This document shows positions 11,051-23,811 of a stretch of DNA of 64,000 bases, one piece after another. Below the pieces are notes generated by a model. The model ran no database searches. It was not told the DNA's origin and saw nothing but the letters and a program-made list of their open reading frames with translations. Source of the DNA: Rhodospirillales bacterium (lineage in GTDB: Bacteria > Pseudomonadota > Alphaproteobacteria > Rhodospirillales > SHVU01); NCBI GenBank assembly GCA_009691105.1, contig SHVU01000002.1, forward strand, positions 24,492 to 88,491, in the 5' to 3' direction. How positions within the stretch are numbered: the first letter of the stretch is position 1; every line of letters begins with the position of its first letter. A program made the translations under genes and the position numbers.

Positions 11051-13117
11051 ATGCCGAAGCTCACCATTGACGGCCAGTCGGTCGAGGTTCCCGCCGGCTT
11101 CACCGTGATCCAGGCCTGCGAAGTCGCCGGCATCGAGATCCCGCGCTTTTGCTATCACGAGCGTCTGTCGATCGCCGGCAACTGCCGGATGTGCCTCGTG
11201 GCGATGGAGCGGTCGCCGAAGCCGATCGCGTCCTGCGCCCAGCCCGTCGCCGATGGCATGGTCATCCACACCAACACCGAGATGGTCCGCAAGGCCCGTC
11301 GCGGCGTCATGGAATTCCTACTCCTGAATCATCCGCTCGACTGCCCGATCTGCGATCAGGGCGGCGAGTGCGATCTCCAGGACCAAGCGATGGCTTACGG
11401 CTATCACGGCAGCCGCTATCAGGAGCCAAAACGGGCCGTCAAAGAACAGGACTTCGGACCGCTGATCTCGACGGCGATGACGCGTTGCATCCATTGCACG
11501 CGCTGCATCCGCTTCGCGACCGAAGTCGCCGGCGTTCAGGAACTCGGCGCGACGGGCCGCGGCGAAGACATGGAAGTCGGCACCTACGTCCAGAAGGCCC
11601 TGTCGTCCGAGCTGTCGGGCAACATGATCGATCTGTGTCCGGTCGGCGCGCTGACCAACCGGCCCTATGCGTTCGAAGCCCGGTCCTGGGAACTCGCGAA
11701 AATCGAATCCATCGACGTCATGGACGCTATCGGCAGCAACATTCGCGTCGACGTGCGCGGTCCGGAAGTCCTGCGTGTTCTGCCCCGCGTCAATGAAGAC
11801 GTGAACGAGGAGTGGATCTCGGACAAGACCCGCTTCGCGTGCGACGGCCTGATGCGTCAGCGCCTCGATCGTCCCTATGTCCGCCGCAATGGAAAGTTGC
11901 AGGCCGCGACCTGGGACGAAGCCTTCGCCGCGATTGCCGAACGCCTCAAGGGCGTTCCCGGTTCGCGGATCGCGGCCTTGGCCGGCGATCTGGCCTGCGC
12001 CGAGTCGATGTACGCCGTGAAGGAACTGATGGCGGCGCTCGGCTCGACCCATCTCGATTGCCGTCAGGACGGCGCGCCGCTCGATGCCGAAAACCGAGCC
12101 GGATACCTCTTCAACACGACCATCGCCGGGGTCGAGAAGGCCGACGTCTGCCTGTTGATTGGCACCGACCCGCGACGCGAGGCGCCGATCCTCAACGCGC
12201 GGCTTCGCAAGCGTTACTTGATGGGCGGGTTCGACATCGGCTTGGTCGGCGCTGCGACCGATCTGACGTACGACTATCGCCCGTTGGGCTCCGGCCAGGG
12301 GGCGCTCGACAAAATTCTGTCGGGCGACGATCCCTTCGCCAAAAAGCTCGCCGGTGCAAAGCATCCGATGCTCATCGTCGGCATGGGCGCTCTGGCCCGT
12401 CCCGATGGCGCCGCCGTGCTGGCCCAGGTCGGGCTTCTGGCCGAGCGCTATCACATGGTCGGTCGCACCGACGGCTGGAACGGATTCAACGTCCTGCACA
12501 CCGCGGCGAGCCGGGTCGGCGGCCTGACGCTCGGCTTTGTGCCCGGTCGCGGCGGCAAGGACACGAATGGCATTCTCGAAGCGGCCTCGGCCGGCGCCCT
12601 CGATGCGGTCTATCTGCTCGGAGCCGACGAGATCGACATGGGCCGGCTCGGCCACACCTTCGTGATCTATCAGGGCCACCACGGTGACGCCGGGGCGCAT
12701 CGCGCCGACGTTATCCTCCCGGGTGCGGCCTATACCGAGAAGTCGGGGACCTACGTGAACACCGAAGGCCTGGTTCAGCGCACGACGATGGCGGTGTTCG
12801 CACCTGGCGAAGCACGGGAAGACTGGGCAATCGTTCGCGCCTTGTCGGCGGCCTTGGGCCGGACCTTGCCGTTCGACGATCTCGCGACGCTGCGTCAGCG
12901 TATGGTCGCGGCCTATCCGCGCCTCGAAACGCTCGATCACATCACGCCATCGACCTGGCGCAAAGTCGGCGTCGATGGACAGACCTCCGATCAACCCTTC
13001 GTTTCGCCGGTCGAAAATTTCTACATGACCGATCCGATCAGCCGCGCCTCGCCGACCATGGCCGCCTGCGTCGACACGTTCGGCGCCGGAACCGCAAAGA
13101 CGGGGACCCATGGTTGA
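11051..13117 (+). CDS. nuoG: NADH-quinone oxidoreductase subunit G
   Basis: 688 aa. [17 protein letters not shown] (2Fe-2S), [17 protein letters not shown] (His-ligated 4Fe-4S), [17 protein letters not shown] precedes the ATG. Confidence 0.96.
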   Translation: MPKLTIDGQSVEVPAGFTVIQACEVAGIEIPRFCYHERLSIAGNCRMCLVAMERSPKPIASCAQPVADGMVIHTNTEMVRKARRGVMEFLLLNHPLDCPICDQGGECDLQDQAMAYGYHGSRYQEPKRAVKEQDFGPLISTAMTRCIHCTRCIRFATEVAGVQELGATGRGEDMEVGTYVQKALSSELSGNMIDLCPVGALTNRPYAFEARSWELAKIESIDVMDAIGSNIRVDVRGPEVLRVLPRVNEDVNEEWISDKTRFACDGLMRQRLDRPYVRRNGKLQAATWDEAFAAIAERLKGVPGSRIAALAGDLACAESMYAVKELMAALGSTHLDCRQDGAPLDAENRAGYLFNTTIAGVEKADVCLLIGTDPRREAPILNARLRKRYLMGGFDIGLVGAATDLTYDYRPLGSGQGALDKILSGDDPFAKKLAGAKHPMLIVGMGALARPDGAAVLAQVGLLAERYHMVGRTDGWNGFNVLHTAASRVGGLTLGFVPGRGGKDTNGILEAASAGALDAVYLLGADEIDMGRLGHTFVIYQGHHGDAGAHRADVILPGAAYTEKSGTYVNTEGLVQRTTMAVFAPGEAREDWAIVRALSAALGRTLPFDDLATLRQRMVAAYPRLETLDHITPSTWRKVGVDGQTSDQPFVSPVENFYMTDPISRASPTMAACVDTFGAGTAKTGTHG

Positions 13118-14126
13118 GTTCTGGGACGGCTATGGCTGGCCTGCGGCCTGGATGGTGATCAAGATCGTCGCCATCGTCCTGCCGTTGATGCTGTCCATTG
13201 CCTACCTCACCTTTGCCGAGCGCAAAGTGCTGAGCGCGATGCAGCTGCGTCGCGGCCCCAACGTCGTCGGTCCTTGGGGTCTGCTTCAGCCGATCGCCGA
13301 CGGCATCAAACTCTTGTGCAAGGAAACGATCGTGCCGTCGGGCGCGAACCGTGGCGTCTTTCTTCTCGCGCCCTGCGTCACGTTCTCGTTGGCGCTTGTC
13401 GCCTGGGCGGTCATCCCGTTCGGACCCGGGTTGGTGCTCTCGAACATCAACGTCGGCGTCCTGTATCTCTTCGCGATCTCGTCGCTCGGCGTCTACGGCA
13501 TCCTGATGGCCGGCTGGGCGAGCAATTCCAAGTACGCATTCCTGGGCGCGCTGCGCTCGGCGGCGCAGATGGTGTCTTACGAAGTCTCGATGGGCTTCAT
13601 CATCATTACGGTCCTGTTGTGCGCCGGGTCGCTGAATCTCACCGACATCGTCATGGCTCAGAAGTCGGTCTGGTTCGTCGTGCCGCTGTTGCCGATGGCC
13701 GTACTGTTCTTCGCCTCGGCCCTGGCCGAAACCAACCGCCATCCGTTCGACTTGCCCGAAGCCGAAGCCGAGCTCGTTGCCGGTTACAACGTCGAATATT
13801 CGGCGATGACCTTCGCGCTCTTCTTCCTCGGCGAATACGCCAACATGATCCTGATGTCGAGCATGACGGCGGTTCTGTTCCTCGGCGGGTGGCTGCCGCC
13901 CTTTGATATCGCGCCCTTCAACTGGATTCCCGGACCGATCTGGTTCGCCTTGAAGATTTCGGCGGTGCTCTTTGTCTTCATCTGGGTTCGCGGCGCGTTC
14001 CCGCGCTATCGCTATGACCAGTTGATGCGTCTTGGTTGGAAAGTGTTCCTGCCGCTGTCGCTCGCCGGCGTGGTGATCGTCGGAGCGTTGGTTGCGTGGA
14101 ACGGCGGCCCCTTGGCCGGGCGATAA
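13110..14126 (+). CDS. nuoH: NADH-quinone oxidoreductase subunit H
   Basis: 338-aa polytopic protein (...[33 protein letters not shown]..., ...[25 protein letters not shown]...). 8-nt overlap with nuoG. Confidence 0.95.
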   Translation: MVEFWDGYGWPAAWMVIKIVAIVLPLMLSIAYLTFAERKVLSAMQLRRGPNVVGPWGLLQPIADGIKLLCKETIVPSGANRGVFLLAPCVTFSLALVAWAVIPFGPGLVLSNINVGVLYLFAISSLGVYGILMAGWASNSKYAFLGALRSAAQMVSYEVSMGFIIITVLLCAGSLNLTDIVMAQKSVWFVVPLLPMAVLFFASALAETNRHPFDLPEAEAELVAGYNVEYSAMTFALFFLGEYANMILMSSMTAVLFLGGWLPPFDIAPFNWIPGPIWFALKISAVLFVFIWVRGAFPRYRYDQLMRLGWKVFLPLSLAGVVIVGALVAWNGGPLAGR

Positions 14127-14153
14127 CGAAAAGCGACGGAGGATCTACACGCG

Positions 14154-14642
14154 ATGTCGTTTTTGGATCGCGGAATGCGAACGGTCTTTTTGACCGAGCT
14201 GCTGTCGGGCCTGGCCCTGACCTTCCGCTACATGTTTCGCCCCAAGGTGACGCTCAATTACCCCTACGAGAAGGGGCCGTTGAGCCCGCGTTTCCGTGGC
14301 GAGCACGCGCTTCGGCGCTATCCGAACGGCGAAGAACGCTGCATCGCGTGCAAGCTGTGCGAAGCGGTGTGCCCCGCCCAAGCCATCACCATCGAGGCCG
14401 AGCCGCGCGCCGACGGCAGCCGCCGCACGACCCGTTACGACATCGACATGGTGAAATGCATTTATTGTGGCTTCTGCGAAGAAGCCTGTCCGGTCGACGC
14501 CATCGTCGAGGGGCCCAACTTCGAATTCTCAACCGAGACCCGGGCCGAGCTGCTCTACGACAAGACCAAGCTGCTCGCGAACGGCGATCGTTGGGAAACC
14601 GAACTCGCCGAGCGCTTGTCTCGCGCCGCGCCGCATCGCTGA
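14154..14642 (+). CDS. nuoI: NADH-quinone oxidoreductase subunit I
   Basis: Two ferredoxin motifs, [12 protein letters not shown] and [12 protein letters not shown]. 162 aa. Confidence 0.96.
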   Translation: MSFLDRGMRTVFLTELLSGLALTFRYMFRPKVTLNYPYEKGPLSPRFRGEHALRRYPNGEERCIACKLCEAVCPAQAITIEAEPRADGSRRTTRYDIDMVKCIYCGFCEEACPVDAIVEGPNFEFSTETRAELLYDKTKLLANGDRWETELAERLSRAAPHR

Positions 14643-14703
14643 CGGCCGGATCGGGGAGGGGGGGGCAGACAATGCGGAACGTGATGCAGCCGGGGCGGGT
14701 CCG

Positions 14704-15309
14704 ATGATTCAGGCCCTGGCCTTCTATCTCTTCGCGAGCGTCGCGGTCGCGTCGGCGGTGCTGGTTATTTCCGCCCGCAACCCCGTGCACTCGGTACTGT
14801 TCCTGATCTTGGCGTTCTTCAACGCCGCTGGTCTCTTCGTGCTGCTGGGCGCCGAGTTCTTGGCGATGATCCTGGTCGTCGTCTATGTCGGAGCGGTGGC
14901 CGTCCTATTCCTCTTCGTCGTCATGATGCTCGACATCAATTTCTCGGAGCTTCGCCAAGGCTTCCTGACCTATTTGCCGATCGGCGGATTGGTCGGGTTG
15001 GTCCTGGTCGCCGAGCTTCTCGCCGTGGTCGTCGGCTGGACGCTGGCTCCGGACATGGTCGGAAGCGCGATTACCCGGACGCCGGACGCGATCAGCAACA
15101 CCGAGGCCCTCGGGCGGCTGCTTTACACGCACTACATCTACCTGTTCCAGGCGGCCGGCCTGGTGCTGCTCGTCGCCATGGTCGGCGCGATCGTGCTCAC
15201 TCATCGGCGCCGCACCGGCGTTCGACGCCAGAATATTGGGGCCCAGATCGCCCGCAGCGCCAAAGAGTCGATCGAGATCCGCAAAGTGCCGAGCGGGAAG
15301 GGCCTCTGA
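14704..15309 (+). CDS. nuoJ: NADH-quinone oxidoreductase subunit J
   Basis: [65 protein letters not shown]... is typical ND6/NuoJ. Start ATG 14704 lies inside the longer track ORF. Confidence 0.9.
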   Translation: MIQALAFYLFASVAVASAVLVISARNPVHSVLFLILAFFNAAGLFVLLGAEFLAMILVVVYVGAVAVLFLFVVMMLDINFSELRQGFLTYLPIGGLVGLVLVAELLAVVVGWTLAPDMVGSAITRTPDAISNTEALGRLLYTHYIYLFQAAGLVLLVAMVGAIVLTHRRRTGVRRQNIGAQIARSAKESIEIRKVPSGKGL

Positions 15310-15310
15310 T

Positions 15311-15622
15311 ATGTGGACCATCGGCCTCGCCCATTACCTCGCCGTTGCCGCGGTTCTGTTCGCGCTCGGGATCTTCGGCGTCTTCCTGAACCGCAAGAAC
15401 ATCATCGTCATCCTGATGTCGGTCGAACTGATGCTGCTCGCCGTCAACATCAACCTGGTCGCGTTCTCGGCGACGCTGGGCGACATGGTCGGACAGGTCT
15501 TTGCGCTGTTCGTGTTGACCGTGGCCGCGGCCGAAGCCGCCATCGGACTCGCCATTCTCGTCGTCTTCTTCCGCAACCGCGGCTCGATCGCGGTCGAAGA
15601 CGTCAACTTGATGAGAGGCTGA
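15311..15622 (+). CDS. nuoK: NADH-quinone oxidoreductase subunit K
   Basis: 103-aa three-helix protein ...[24 protein letters not shown]...[16 protein letters not shown] lies 1 nt after the nuoJ stop. Confidence 0.92.
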   Translation: MWTIGLAHYLAVAAVLFALGIFGVFLNRKNIIVILMSVELMLLAVNINLVAFSATLGDMVGQVFALFVLTVAAAEAAIGLAILVVFFRNRGSIAVEDVNLMRG

Positions 15623-15623
15623 T

Positions 15624-17582
15624 ATGGCCGTCGCCGTCGTTCTGCTGCCTCTCCTCGGCGGGTTGATCGCGGGCATCCTCGCCTTCGCGACGCCGGCCAA
15701 TCACGACGCCCGCCACACCGTCGATCGGCTCGCTCAGTATGTGACCTGCGCCGCGATGATCGTTGCCGCCTTGCTCGCGGTCGCGGTCTTCTACGATGTC
15801 GCGGTCCGGGGTAATGTCGGCACGGACGACCTCTTCCGCTGGATCGAGTCCGGCACCTTCGAGGTGTCCTGGGCGGTGAAGATGGACACGCTGTCCGCCC
15901 TCATGATCATGGTGGTCAGCGTCGTCTCGTCGGCTATTCACGTCTATTCGATCGGCTACATGCACCATGACCCGAGCATTCCTCGGTTCATGTCGTATCT
16001 CAGCCTGTTCACCTTCTGCATGCTGGCCCTGGTCACTTCGGACAACCTCGTCCAGCTGTTCTTCGGGTGGGAAGGCGTCGGCTTGATGTCGTACCTGCTG
16101 ATCGGCTTCTGGTACGAAAAGCCGTCGGCCAACGCCGCGGCCATCAAGGCCTTCCTCGTTAACCGCGTCGGCGACTTCGGCTTCGCGCTCGGCATCTTCG
16201 CGACCTACCTGATGTTCGACTCCGTCGATTTCGACGCGATCTTCCAGGCGGTGCCCGGCAAGGCCGACGCGACGATGCGGATTTTCGGCGGCGAGTTCCA
16301 CGCCATCACCGTGGTCTGCCTGCTGCTCTTCGTCGGCGCCATGGGCAAGTCCGCTCAGATCGGACTTCACACCTGGTTGCCCGATGCGATGGAAGGCCCG
16401 ACGCCCGTCTCCGCCCTGATCCATGCCGCGACCATGGTGACGGCCGGCGTGTTCATGGTGGCGCGCCTGTCGCCGGTCTTCGAGTACTCCGACGTCGCTT
16501 TGACCGTCGTCACGATCGTCGGCGCGACCACGGCGCTGTTCGCGGCGTCCGTCGGCTGCGTGCAGAACGACATCAAACGCGTCATCGCCTATTCGACCTG
16601 TTCGCAGCTCGGCTACATGTTCTTTGCCTGCGGCGTCTCCGCCTATTCGGCTGGCGTGTTTCACCTGATGACTCACGCGTTCTTCAAGGCGCTCTTGTTC
16701 CTCGGGGCGGGCTCGGTGATCCATGCTTTGTCGGACGAGCAGGACCTGCGGAAAATGGGCGGACTGTGGCGCTTGATCCCGGTCACTTATGTCGTGATGT
16801 GGATCGGGTCCTTGGCGGGGGCTGGCATTTGGCCCTTTGCCGGCTACTATTCGAAGGACATCATCCTCGAGGCAGCGTTCGCCTCCGGCACGACGGTCGG
16901 CCAATTCGCCTTCTGGGTCGGTGCGGCGACGGCCTGCCTGACGGCGTTCTACACGTTCCGCCTGTTGATCCTGACGTTCCACGGCGCGCCGCACGCCGAT
17001 GAAGCCGTCATGGCGCGGGTCCATGAATCGCCGGCCATCATGCTCTGGCCACTGATCTTCTTGGCGATCGGCGCGGTCACGGCCGGTTTCGTCGGCTACT
17101 CGGCATTCGACGGCGAAGGCGCGGACCGGTTCTGGGGCGAAGCCATTCTGATTTTCGATTCCCACCCGGCGCTGGAACATGCCCACCACGTCGCACCTTG
17201 GGTCAAATTCCTGCCGCTTAGCCTGTCGGGACTCGGCATCGCGATCGCCGTTCTGCTGTACGCGATCCGGCCGACGCTGCCCGACGCCATCGCCCGGACC
17301 TTCCCGGGCCTGCACAAATTCCTGCTCAACAAGTGGTACTTCGACGAGCTCTACGACATGCTCTTCGTCCGCCCGTCCTTCGCACTCGCCCGCAATCTCT
17401 GGAAGACCGGTGACGAAGCGATCATCGACGGCTTCGGCCCGAACGGCCTCGCGTCCGGGACGCTCAATCTGGCCAGTCGAGCCGGCGCGCTGCAGAGCGG
17501 CTTCCTCTACCACTACGCCTTCGCGATGCTGGCCGGGGTGGTCATCCTGGTCAGTTGGTATCTGTTCTCGAGGCTGGGGTAG
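15624..17582 (+). CDS. nuoL: NADH-quinone oxidoreductase subunit L
   Basis: 652-aa antiporter-like subunit (FGWEGVGLMSYLLIGFW, GKSAQIGLHTWLPDAMEGPTPVSALIHAATMV) with the long C-terminal extension typical of NuoL. Confidence 0.96.
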   Translation: MAVAVVLLPLLGGLIAGILAFATPANHDARHTVDRLAQYVTCAAMIVAALLAVAVFYDVAVRGNVGTDDLFRWIESGTFEVSWAVKMDTLSALMIMVVSVVSSAIHVYSIGYMHHDPSIPRFMSYLSLFTFCMLALVTSDNLVQLFFGWEGVGLMSYLLIGFWYEKPSANAAAIKAFLVNRVGDFGFALGIFATYLMFDSVDFDAIFQAVPGKADATMRIFGGEFHAITVVCLLLFVGAMGKSAQIGLHTWLPDAMEGPTPVSALIHAATMVTAGVFMVARLSPVFEYSDVALTVVTIVGATTALFAASVGCVQNDIKRVIAYSTCSQLGYMFFACGVSAYSAGVFHLMTHAFFKALLFLGAGSVIHALSDEQDLRKMGGLWRLIPVTYVVMWIGSLAGAGIWPFAGYYSKDIILEAAFASGTTVGQFAFWVGAATACLTAFYTFRLLILTFHGAPHADEAVMARVHESPAIMLWPLIFLAIGAVTAGFVGYSAFDGEGADRFWGEAILIFDSHPALEHAHHVAPWVKFLPLSLSGLGIAIAVLLYAIRPTLPDAIARTFPGLHKFLLNKWYFDELYDMLFVRPSFALARNLWKTGDEAIIDGFGPNGLASGTLNLASRAGALQSGFLYHYAFAMLAGVVILVSWYLFSRLG

Positions 17583-17585
17583 GGC

Positions 17586-19094
17586 ATGACCACGTTTCCG
17601 ATCCTGTCGGTAACGACGTTCCTGCCGCTCGTCGGCGCTGCGTTCATTCTGCTGATCCGCGGCACGCCAGAGGAAGTGGCGCGCAACGCCCGTTGGACGG
17701 CGTTGTGGGTGTCGCTGATCACCTGCGTCGTGTCGCTGTTCATCTGGTTCGGGTTCGATTCCCGCACGCCGGACTTCCAATACCAAGAAGAAGCGCAGTG
17801 GATCGCCGATTTCGGCATCACCTATCGGCTGGGCGTCGACGGCATCTCGATGCTGTTCATCCCGCTGACGACGCTGCTCACCATCATCTGCGTCCTCGCC
17901 AGTTGGGAATCCATCACCGAGCGGGTCCGCGAGTACATGGTCGCCTTCCTGGCCATGGAAACCATGATGGTCGGGATGTTCTCGGCCCTCGATCTGTTCC
18001 TCTTCTACATTTTCTTCGAAGGCACGCTCATCCCGATGTTCCTGATCATCGGGATCTGGGGCGGGCCGCGCCGGGTCTACTCGGCGTTTAAGTTCTTCCT
18101 CTACACGCTGGCCGGCTCGGTCCTGATGCTGCTGGCGATGCTGGCGATCTATTCCGAGGCCGGCACGACCTCGATCCCCGTACTCATGACTCACCGCTTC
18201 CCGGAGTCGATGCAGACCTGGCTGTGGATCGCGTTCTTCGCGTCCTTCGCGGTCAAGGTGCCGATGTGGCCGGTCCATACGTGGCTGCCTGACGCTCACG
18301 TCGAGGCGCCGACCGCCGGATCGGTCATCCTTGCCGGCGTCCTCTTGAAGTTTGGCGGCTATGGGTTCTTGCGCTTCTCGCTGCCGATGTTCCCGGTCGC
18401 CTCGATCGAGCTTGCGCCCTTCGTCTTCGGGCTTTCGATCATCGCCGTCATCTACACCTCCCTGGTCGCGCTGGCTCAGGAGGACATGAAGAAGTTGATC
18501 GCCTATTCCTCGGTCGCGCACATGGGCTTCGTCACGGCGGGGACGTTCACGTTCACGCCCCAAGGCCTCCAAGGCGCCATCGTCCAGATGCTGAGTCACG
18601 GCTTGGTGTCGGCGGCGTTGTTCCTGATCGTCGGCGTCGTCTACGACCGGATGCATTCGCGCCTGATCGATAGCTACGGCGGGCTGGTCAGCCGCATGCC
18701 GGCCTATGCCATCGCTTTCATGGTGTTCATGCTGGCCTCGGTCGGACTGCCGGGCACGAGCGGATTCGTCGGCGAAATCCTGGTCCTGGTCGGGCTGTAC
18801 CAGGTCAGCCCCGTCGCCGCGGCTCTGGTCGCGACCGGCGTGGTGCTCGGCGCGGCCTACATGCTGTATCTCTATCGCCGCATCGTCTTCGGGAAACTGA
18901 CCAAGGACGGCCTCGCCAAGATCCTGGATTTGTCGCCGCGCGAGATCGCGGTCTTCGCGCCGTTGATCCTCCTGGTTCTGTGGATCGGTATTTATCCGGC
19001 GCCGGTTCTCGATGTCATGCACGCCTCGGTCGAAAACTTGATCAGCCAGATCGACGCCGCCCGCGGCAGCGCGCTCGCCATGGCCGGTCGATGA
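17586..19094 (+). CDS. nuoM: NADH-quinone oxidoreductase subunit M
   Basis: 502-aa antiporter-like subunit ([35 protein letters not shown]). Confidence 0.96.
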   Translation: MTTFPILSVTTFLPLVGAAFILLIRGTPEEVARNARWTALWVSLITCVVSLFIWFGFDSRTPDFQYQEEAQWIADFGITYRLGVDGISMLFIPLTTLLTIICVLASWESITERVREYMVAFLAMETMMVGMFSALDLFLFYIFFEGTLIPMFLIIGIWGGPRRVYSAFKFFLYTLAGSVLMLLAMLAIYSEAGTTSIPVLMTHRFPESMQTWLWIAFFASFAVKVPMWPVHTWLPDAHVEAPTAGSVILAGVLLKFGGYGFLRFSLPMFPVASIELAPFVFGLSIIAVIYTSLVALAQEDMKKLIAYSSVAHMGFVTAGTFTFTPQGLQGAIVQMLSHGLVSAALFLIVGVVYDRMHSRLIDSYGGLVSRMPAYAIAFMVFMLASVGLPGTSGFVGEILVLVGLYQVSPVAAALVATGVVLGAAYMLYLYRRIVFGKLTKDGLAKILDLSPREIAVFAPLILLVLWIGIYPAPVLDVMHASVENLISQIDAARGSALAMAGR

Positions 19095-19113
19095 GCCAGC
19101 CGGAGCCCCGCTC

Positions 19114-20577
19114 ATGACCTTCGTTCAACTCACCGGCCTCGTCGCGGCGTTGCCCGAGCTGTTCCTGGCGACGACGGCGATGGCACTTCTCATCTTCGGC
19201 GCCTTCCAGAAGGAAGGCATCAAGGAAGACGTCGCGACCTGCCGCATCGTGTCGGGGCTCGCGGTGATTTCGCTGATCCTTACACTCGTCCTGGTCCTGA
19301 CCGTGGCCGGTGAGCGGCGTCTCGCCTTCGGCGGCATGTTCGTCGTCGACGACTTCGCGACCTACGCCAAGGTCTTGATCCTGGTGGCGTCGGCGTTCTC
19401 GGTGATCATGGCCGAGGACTATCTCGAGACCCACGGCGTGGCCCGCTTCGAATACGGCGTCCTCGTCATGTTCGCGACGCTGGGCATGATGATGATGGTC
19501 TCGGCCAACGACCTCATCGCGCTCTATCTCGGTCTCGAGCTGCAGTCCTTGACCCTCTACGTCATCGCCTCGTTCCAACGCGAAGAGCTGCGCTCGACCG
19601 AAGCCGGCCTGAAATATTTCGTCCTCGGGGCTCTAGCGTCGGGGATGCTGCTCTACGGCGCGTCGCTGGTGTACGGCTTTACCGGAACCACGTCGTTCGA
19701 CGCGCTCGCGACCCATTTCAGCGGCCCCGACATTTCGGTCGGCGTCATCGTCGGGCTGGTCTTCATCCTGGCTGGCCTGTCCTTCAAGGTTTCGGCGGTG
19801 CCGTTCCACATGTGGACGCCAGACGTCTACGAAGGCGCGCCGACTCCGGTTACAGCGTTCTTCTCGGTCGCTCCGAAAGTCGCGGCCATGGCGTTGTTCG
19901 TGCGCGTCATGATCGGGCCCTTCGGTGAACTGCTCTCGGAATGGCGACAGATCGTCGTCTTCATTTCGATCGCCTCGATGATTTTGGGCGCGGTCGCCGC
20001 GATCAATCAGCGCAACATCAAGCGCCTGATGGCCTACAGCTCGATCGGCCACGTCGGGTACGTGTTGATCGGCCTTGCGGTCGGCGATGAAGCCGGGGTG
20101 CGCGGCGTTTTGATCTATCTCGCCATCTATCTGTTCATGAACCTCGGAACCTTCGCCTGCATCCTGTGCATGCGACGCGCCGGGCGGATGGTCGAAGGGA
20201 TCGACGAGCTCGCTGGTTTGTCCAAGATCCAGCCGCGCCTCGCTTTGGCGCTGGCCATTTTCATGTTCTCGATGTCCGGCATTCCGCCGCTAGCCGGCTT
20301 CTTCGGCAAGCTCTACGTCTTCCTCGCGGCCATGGAAGCCGAGCTCTACGTCCTCGCCGTGATCGGCGTGCTGTCCAGCGTCGTCGCGGCGTTCTATTAC
20401 CTCCGCGTCGTCAAGGTCATGTACTTCGACGAACCGGTCGAAGCTTTCGATCGTCCGCTCGGCCTCAATCTGTCGGTGGTCCTGACCGTGACCAGCGCCC
20501 TGATCCTGTTCTTCTTCGCCTGGCCGGCGCCGCTCCTGATCGCGGCCGATGTAGCCGCCCAGGCTCTGTTCCGTTAA
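19114..20577 (+). CDS. nuoN: NADH-quinone oxidoreductase subunit N
   Basis: 487-aa antiporter-like subunit ([32 protein letters not shown]). Last gene of the operon. Confidence 0.95.
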   Translation: MTFVQLTGLVAALPELFLATTAMALLIFGAFQKEGIKEDVATCRIVSGLAVISLILTLVLVLTVAGERRLAFGGMFVVDDFATYAKVLILVASAFSVIMAEDYLETHGVARFEYGVLVMFATLGMMMMVSANDLIALYLGLELQSLTLYVIASFQREELRSTEAGLKYFVLGALASGMLLYGASLVYGFTGTTSFDALATHFSGPDISVGVIVGLVFILAGLSFKVSAVPFHMWTPDVYEGAPTPVTAFFSVAPKVAAMALFVRVMIGPFGELLSEWRQIVVFISIASMILGAVAAINQRNIKRLMAYSSIGHVGYVLIGLAVGDEAGVRGVLIYLAIYLFMNLGTFACILCMRRAGRMVEGIDELAGLSKIQPRLALALAIFMFSMSGIPPLAGFFGKLYVFLAAMEAELYVLAVIGVLSSVVAAFYYLRVVKVMYFDEPVEAFDRPLGLNLSVVLTVTSALILFFFAWPAPLLIAADVAAQALFR

Positions 20578-21339
20578 ATGGCGGCGATCGCCCAGCTTCC
20601 CGCGGGCTTTCGACTGATCGCCCTCGACACGATCGGTTCGACCAACGAGGAGGCGAAACGGCTCGCCGCCACCGGAACCGAACACGGCACGGTCGTCTGG
20701 GCCCGCGCTCAGACCGCCGGCAAGGCGCGACGCGGCCGACGCTGGGTCTCTGAGCCCGGCAATCTCTACTGTTCGTTTCTGCTGCGGCCCGATTGCGCCG
20801 CCAATATCGCCCTGCAGGCGAGCTTCATTGCCGCCGTGGCTCTCGCCGAAACCTTGTCTGGTCTGCTCGATCCGAGCGTGCATGTCGCCTGCAAATGGCC
20901 GAACGACGTTCTGGTGGATGGCCGCAAGGTCGCCGGCATTCTGCTGGAGACTTCGACGCGTCGTCCGGGAAGCGTCGATTGGTTGGTGGTCGGTGTCGGC
21001 GTCAACATCGCCCATTACCCGTCGGACGCCGAAACGCCGGCGACGTCGCTCGCCGTCGCCGGTCGCGGCGACCTGGATCCGTTGGCTGTCTTGAAAGTCT
21101 TCGCCGGTCGCCTCGCGTCCTGGCTGGACCGGTGGAAAGAGCAGGGCTTCGCTCCGGTGCGCGGCCGTTGGCTTGAGTACGCGCGCGGTATCGGCGAGAC
21201 GGTGACCGTCCGTCTCGCCGATGAATCGATCGAAGGTATCTTCGTCGGCCTCGATTCCGACGGAGCCTTGATGTTGGCCCAGGGCGCGGCGACGCGGCGG
21301 GTCAGCTCGGGCGACGTCTTCCTCGGCCGTCGGCATTAA
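20578..21339 (+). CDS. birA: Biotin--[acetyl-CoA-carboxylase] ligase (no N-terminal HTH domain)
   Basis: 253 aa. Biotin-protein ligase motif [31 protein letters not shown]. Too short to carry the repressor HTH. Starts directly after the nuoN stop. Confidence 0.88.
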   Translation: MAAIAQLPAGFRLIALDTIGSTNEEAKRLAATGTEHGTVVWARAQTAGKARRGRRWVSEPGNLYCSFLLRPDCAANIALQASFIAAVALAETLSGLLDPSVHVACKWPNDVLVDGRKVAGILLETSTRRPGSVDWLVVGVGVNIAHYPSDAETPATSLAVAGRGDLDPLAVLKVFAGRLASWLDRWKEQGFAPVRGRWLEYARGIGETVTVRLADESIEGIFVGLDSDGALMLAQGAATRRVSSGDVFLGRRH

Positions 21340-21343
21340 ACCC

Positions 21344-22120
21344 ATGCTTCTCGCCATCGATTCCGGCAACACCAACACCGTCTTCGCGGTCTTCGATGAC
21401 GCCGGCGCCATCAAAGGCGAATGGCGCATCTCGACGGCGGCCGAACGCACCGCCGACGAGCTTGGCGTTTGGCTTCTCCAATTGATGCAGCTGACCGGCG
21501 TCGAACGTGCCGAAATCACCGGCGTCGTCATCGCCACGGTCGTTCCGGCGACGCTGTTCAATCTGAAGACCCTGGCCCGCAAGTACTTCGGCCGCGAGCC
21601 GTTGATCGTCGGCGAACCGGGAGTCGATCTCGATATCCGAGTCCTCGTCGACCGGCCCGAGGAAGTCGGCGCCGATCGCCTGGTGAACGCCATAGCCGCC
21701 CATGCCACCTATAAGGGCGCGCTGATCGTCGTCGACTTCGGCACGGCAACCACGTTTGACGTGGTCGACGCCGAGGGCGGCTACTGCGGGGGCGCCATCG
21801 CACCAGGCATCAACTTGTCCGTCGAGGCGCTTCATCTCGCCGCCGCCAAACTGCCCCGCGTCGCCGTCCAAAAGCCGCTCCGGGTCATCGGCAAAGGCAC
21901 GGTCGAGGCCATGCAATCGGGCGTCTTCTGGGGTTACGTCGGGCTCATCGAAGGCATGGTGACCAGGATACGCCGCGAGTTCGGCCAGCCCATGGATGTC
22001 GTCGCGACCGGGGGTCTCGCGCCTTTGTTCGTCGGCGCGACCGACGTGATCGCCCATGTCGATCCGGAACTGACGTTGCGCGGCCTGTACCTGATCGACC
22101 GACGCAACCGCGCCGCATGA
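21344..22120 (+). CDS. coaX: Type III pantothenate kinase
   Basis: [16 protein letters not shown]..., ...[11 protein letters not shown]..., [11 protein letters not shown]... are CoaX/Baf-family motifs. 258 aa. Confidence 0.9.
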   Translation: MLLAIDSGNTNTVFAVFDDAGAIKGEWRISTAAERTADELGVWLLQLMQLTGVERAEITGVVIATVVPATLFNLKTLARKYFGREPLIVGEPGVDLDIRVLVDRPEEVGADRLVNAIAAHATYKGALIVVDFGTATTFDVVDAEGGYCGGAIAPGINLSVEALHLAAAKLPRVAVQKPLRVIGKGTVEAMQSGVFWGYVGLIEGMVTRIRREFGQPMDVVATGGLAPLFVGATDVIAHVDPELTLRGLYLIDRRNRAA

Positions 22121-23775
22121 GCCGCAGACCCGGCAACGAACTCGTCTTTCTGCCGCTAGGCGGAGCCGGCGAGATCGGCATGAACCTGAACCTTTATGGG
22201 TTCGGGCCGCCGGACGATCCCGAATGGCTGATGGTCGATCTCGGTGTGACCTTCGGCGACGGCAGCATCCCGCGCGCCGACGTCATCTTGCCGGATCCGA
22301 CCTTCATCGCCGAGCGCCGCGACCGTTTGATCGGCTTGGTCCTGACCCATGCCCATGAAGACCATCTCGGCGCCGTCCCGTATCTCTGGGACCGGCTGCG
22401 CTGTCCCATCTATGCGACGCCGTTCACCGCGGCGATCCTGGACGCGAAGTTGCGTGAGGCCGGCCTCAACAAGGTTCCGGTAAAGATCGTCCAGCTCGGC
22501 TCGCGGTTTTCGCTCGGCCCCTTCGATCTCGAACTGATCACGCTGACGCATTCCATCCCCGAGCCGAACGCCATCGCCATCCGCACTCCGCTCGGGGCGA
22601 TCCTCCATACCGGCGATTGGAAGTTCGATCCCGATCCGGTGGTCGGCCCGGTGTCGGATGAGGCGGCGCTGAAAGCCCTTGGCGACGATGGCGTGCTCGC
22701 CGTCGTCTGCGATTCCACGAACGTCTTCGAGAAAGGCGTCTCGGGCTCTGAAGCCAGCCTTCTGGAGACTCTGACCAAGGTGATCGCCGATAGCCCGAAC
22801 CGGGTCGCCGTGGCCTGTTTCGCCTCGAACGTGGCGCGCCTTGAAACCATCGCCCGGGCCGCCGCCGCCAACGATCGTACCGTCGTCATCGCTGGACGGT
22901 CGTTGCGCCGGATCGAGGCCGCGGCCCGCGGTACCGGGTATTTGCAGGACACTCCAGCCTTCGTCGACGAAGCCGATTGCGGCCACATGCCGCGCGACAA
23001 GGTGCTGATCATCTGCACCGGAAGCCAAGGCGAGCCGCGCGCCGCCCTGGCCCGTATCGCCGCCGGAACGCACCCCAACGTCGCCCTGGAACCCGGCGAT
23101 CGCGTGATCTTCTCGTCGCGGGTCATTCCCGGGCACGAAACGTCGATCGCTCGGCTGCACAATCAACTGGTCCGGACCGGGGTCGACGTCATTACTTGGC
23201 GCGACCACGACGTCCATGTCTCCGGCCATCCGTGCCGCGACGAACTGGCGCATATGTACGCGCTGGCCCGCCCCAAGATCGCCGTCCCCGTGCATGGCGA
23301 GATCCGCCATTTGATCGAGCACGCGCGCCTCGCCAAGACCTGTCAGGTTCGCACCGCCATCGTCGCCGAAAACGGCTCCATGGTCCGCCTGGCCCCGGGC
23401 CGGGCCGAGATCGTCGACACCGTGCCGTCCGGCCGCTTGATGGTCGATGGCAACCGGGCCGTGTCCATCGACGGCGAAGTGGTCCGCAGCCTGAATCGAA
23501 CGATCTTTCAGGGCTCCGCCGTCGTCACCGTCGTCTTCGACCGCAAAGGCCGTTTGGTGGAATCGCCCATGATGTCGACGACCGGCCTGACCGACGCCGG
23601 TGAAGACGAGGTCGAATCCGATGTCATCGCGGCCATCGAAACCGCGATCGAGAAGGCGGGCCCTCTGGCCCACGACGAGGCTATCGTCGAGGCGGTTCGG
23701 ATCGCGACCCGCCGCGCCTTTTTCGCCACGATCGGAAAGAAGCCGTGGACTCGCGTCCACGTTGTGCGGCACTAA
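22117..23775 (+). CDS. rnj: Ribonuclease J (metallo-beta-lactamase / beta-CASP family)
   Basis: 552 aa. [18 protein letters not shown] (HxHxDH), later HTGDWKFD and HVSGH motifs. ATGA overlap with coaX. Confidence 0.88.
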   Translation: MSRRPGNELVFLPLGGAGEIGMNLNLYGFGPPDDPEWLMVDLGVTFGDGSIPRADVILPDPTFIAERRDRLIGLVLTHAHEDHLGAVPYLWDRLRCPIYATPFTAAILDAKLREAGLNKVPVKIVQLGSRFSLGPFDLELITLTHSIPEPNAIAIRTPLGAILHTGDWKFDPDPVVGPVSDEAALKALGDDGVLAVVCDSTNVFEKGVSGSEASLLETLTKVIADSPNRVAVACFASNVARLETIARAAAANDRTVVIAGRSLRRIEAAARGTGYLQDTPAFVDEADCGHMPRDKVLIICTGSQGEPRAALARIAAGTHPNVALEPGDRVIFSSRVIPGHETSIARLHNQLVRTGVDVITWRDHDVHVSGHPCRDELAHMYALARPKIAVPVHGEIRHLIEHARLAKTCQVRTAIVAENGSMVRLAPGRAEIVDTVPSGRLMVDGNRAVSIDGEVVRSLNRTIFQGSAVVTVVFDRKGRLVESPMMSTTGLTDAGEDEVESDVIAAIETAIEKAGPLAHDEAIVEAVRIATRRAFFATIGKKPWTRVHVVRH

Positions 23776-23811
23776 AGAGCCGTCTACCCGCAGCAAGGAA
23801 AGGTGAACGCG

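Noticed and set aside
15603-19115. 1170-aa stop-free ORF on the minus strand spanning nuoL and nuoM
   Set aside because: Its codons lie in exact complement register with nuoL and nuoM (15624, 17586 and 19113 are all divisible by 3). In that register, stops arise only opposite sense codons TTA, CTA and TCA, which are rare in these GC3-rich genes. The translation is low-complexity and R/D/E/G/H-rich, while the sense strand carries unmistakable NuoL/NuoM motifs. It is a shadow ORF.
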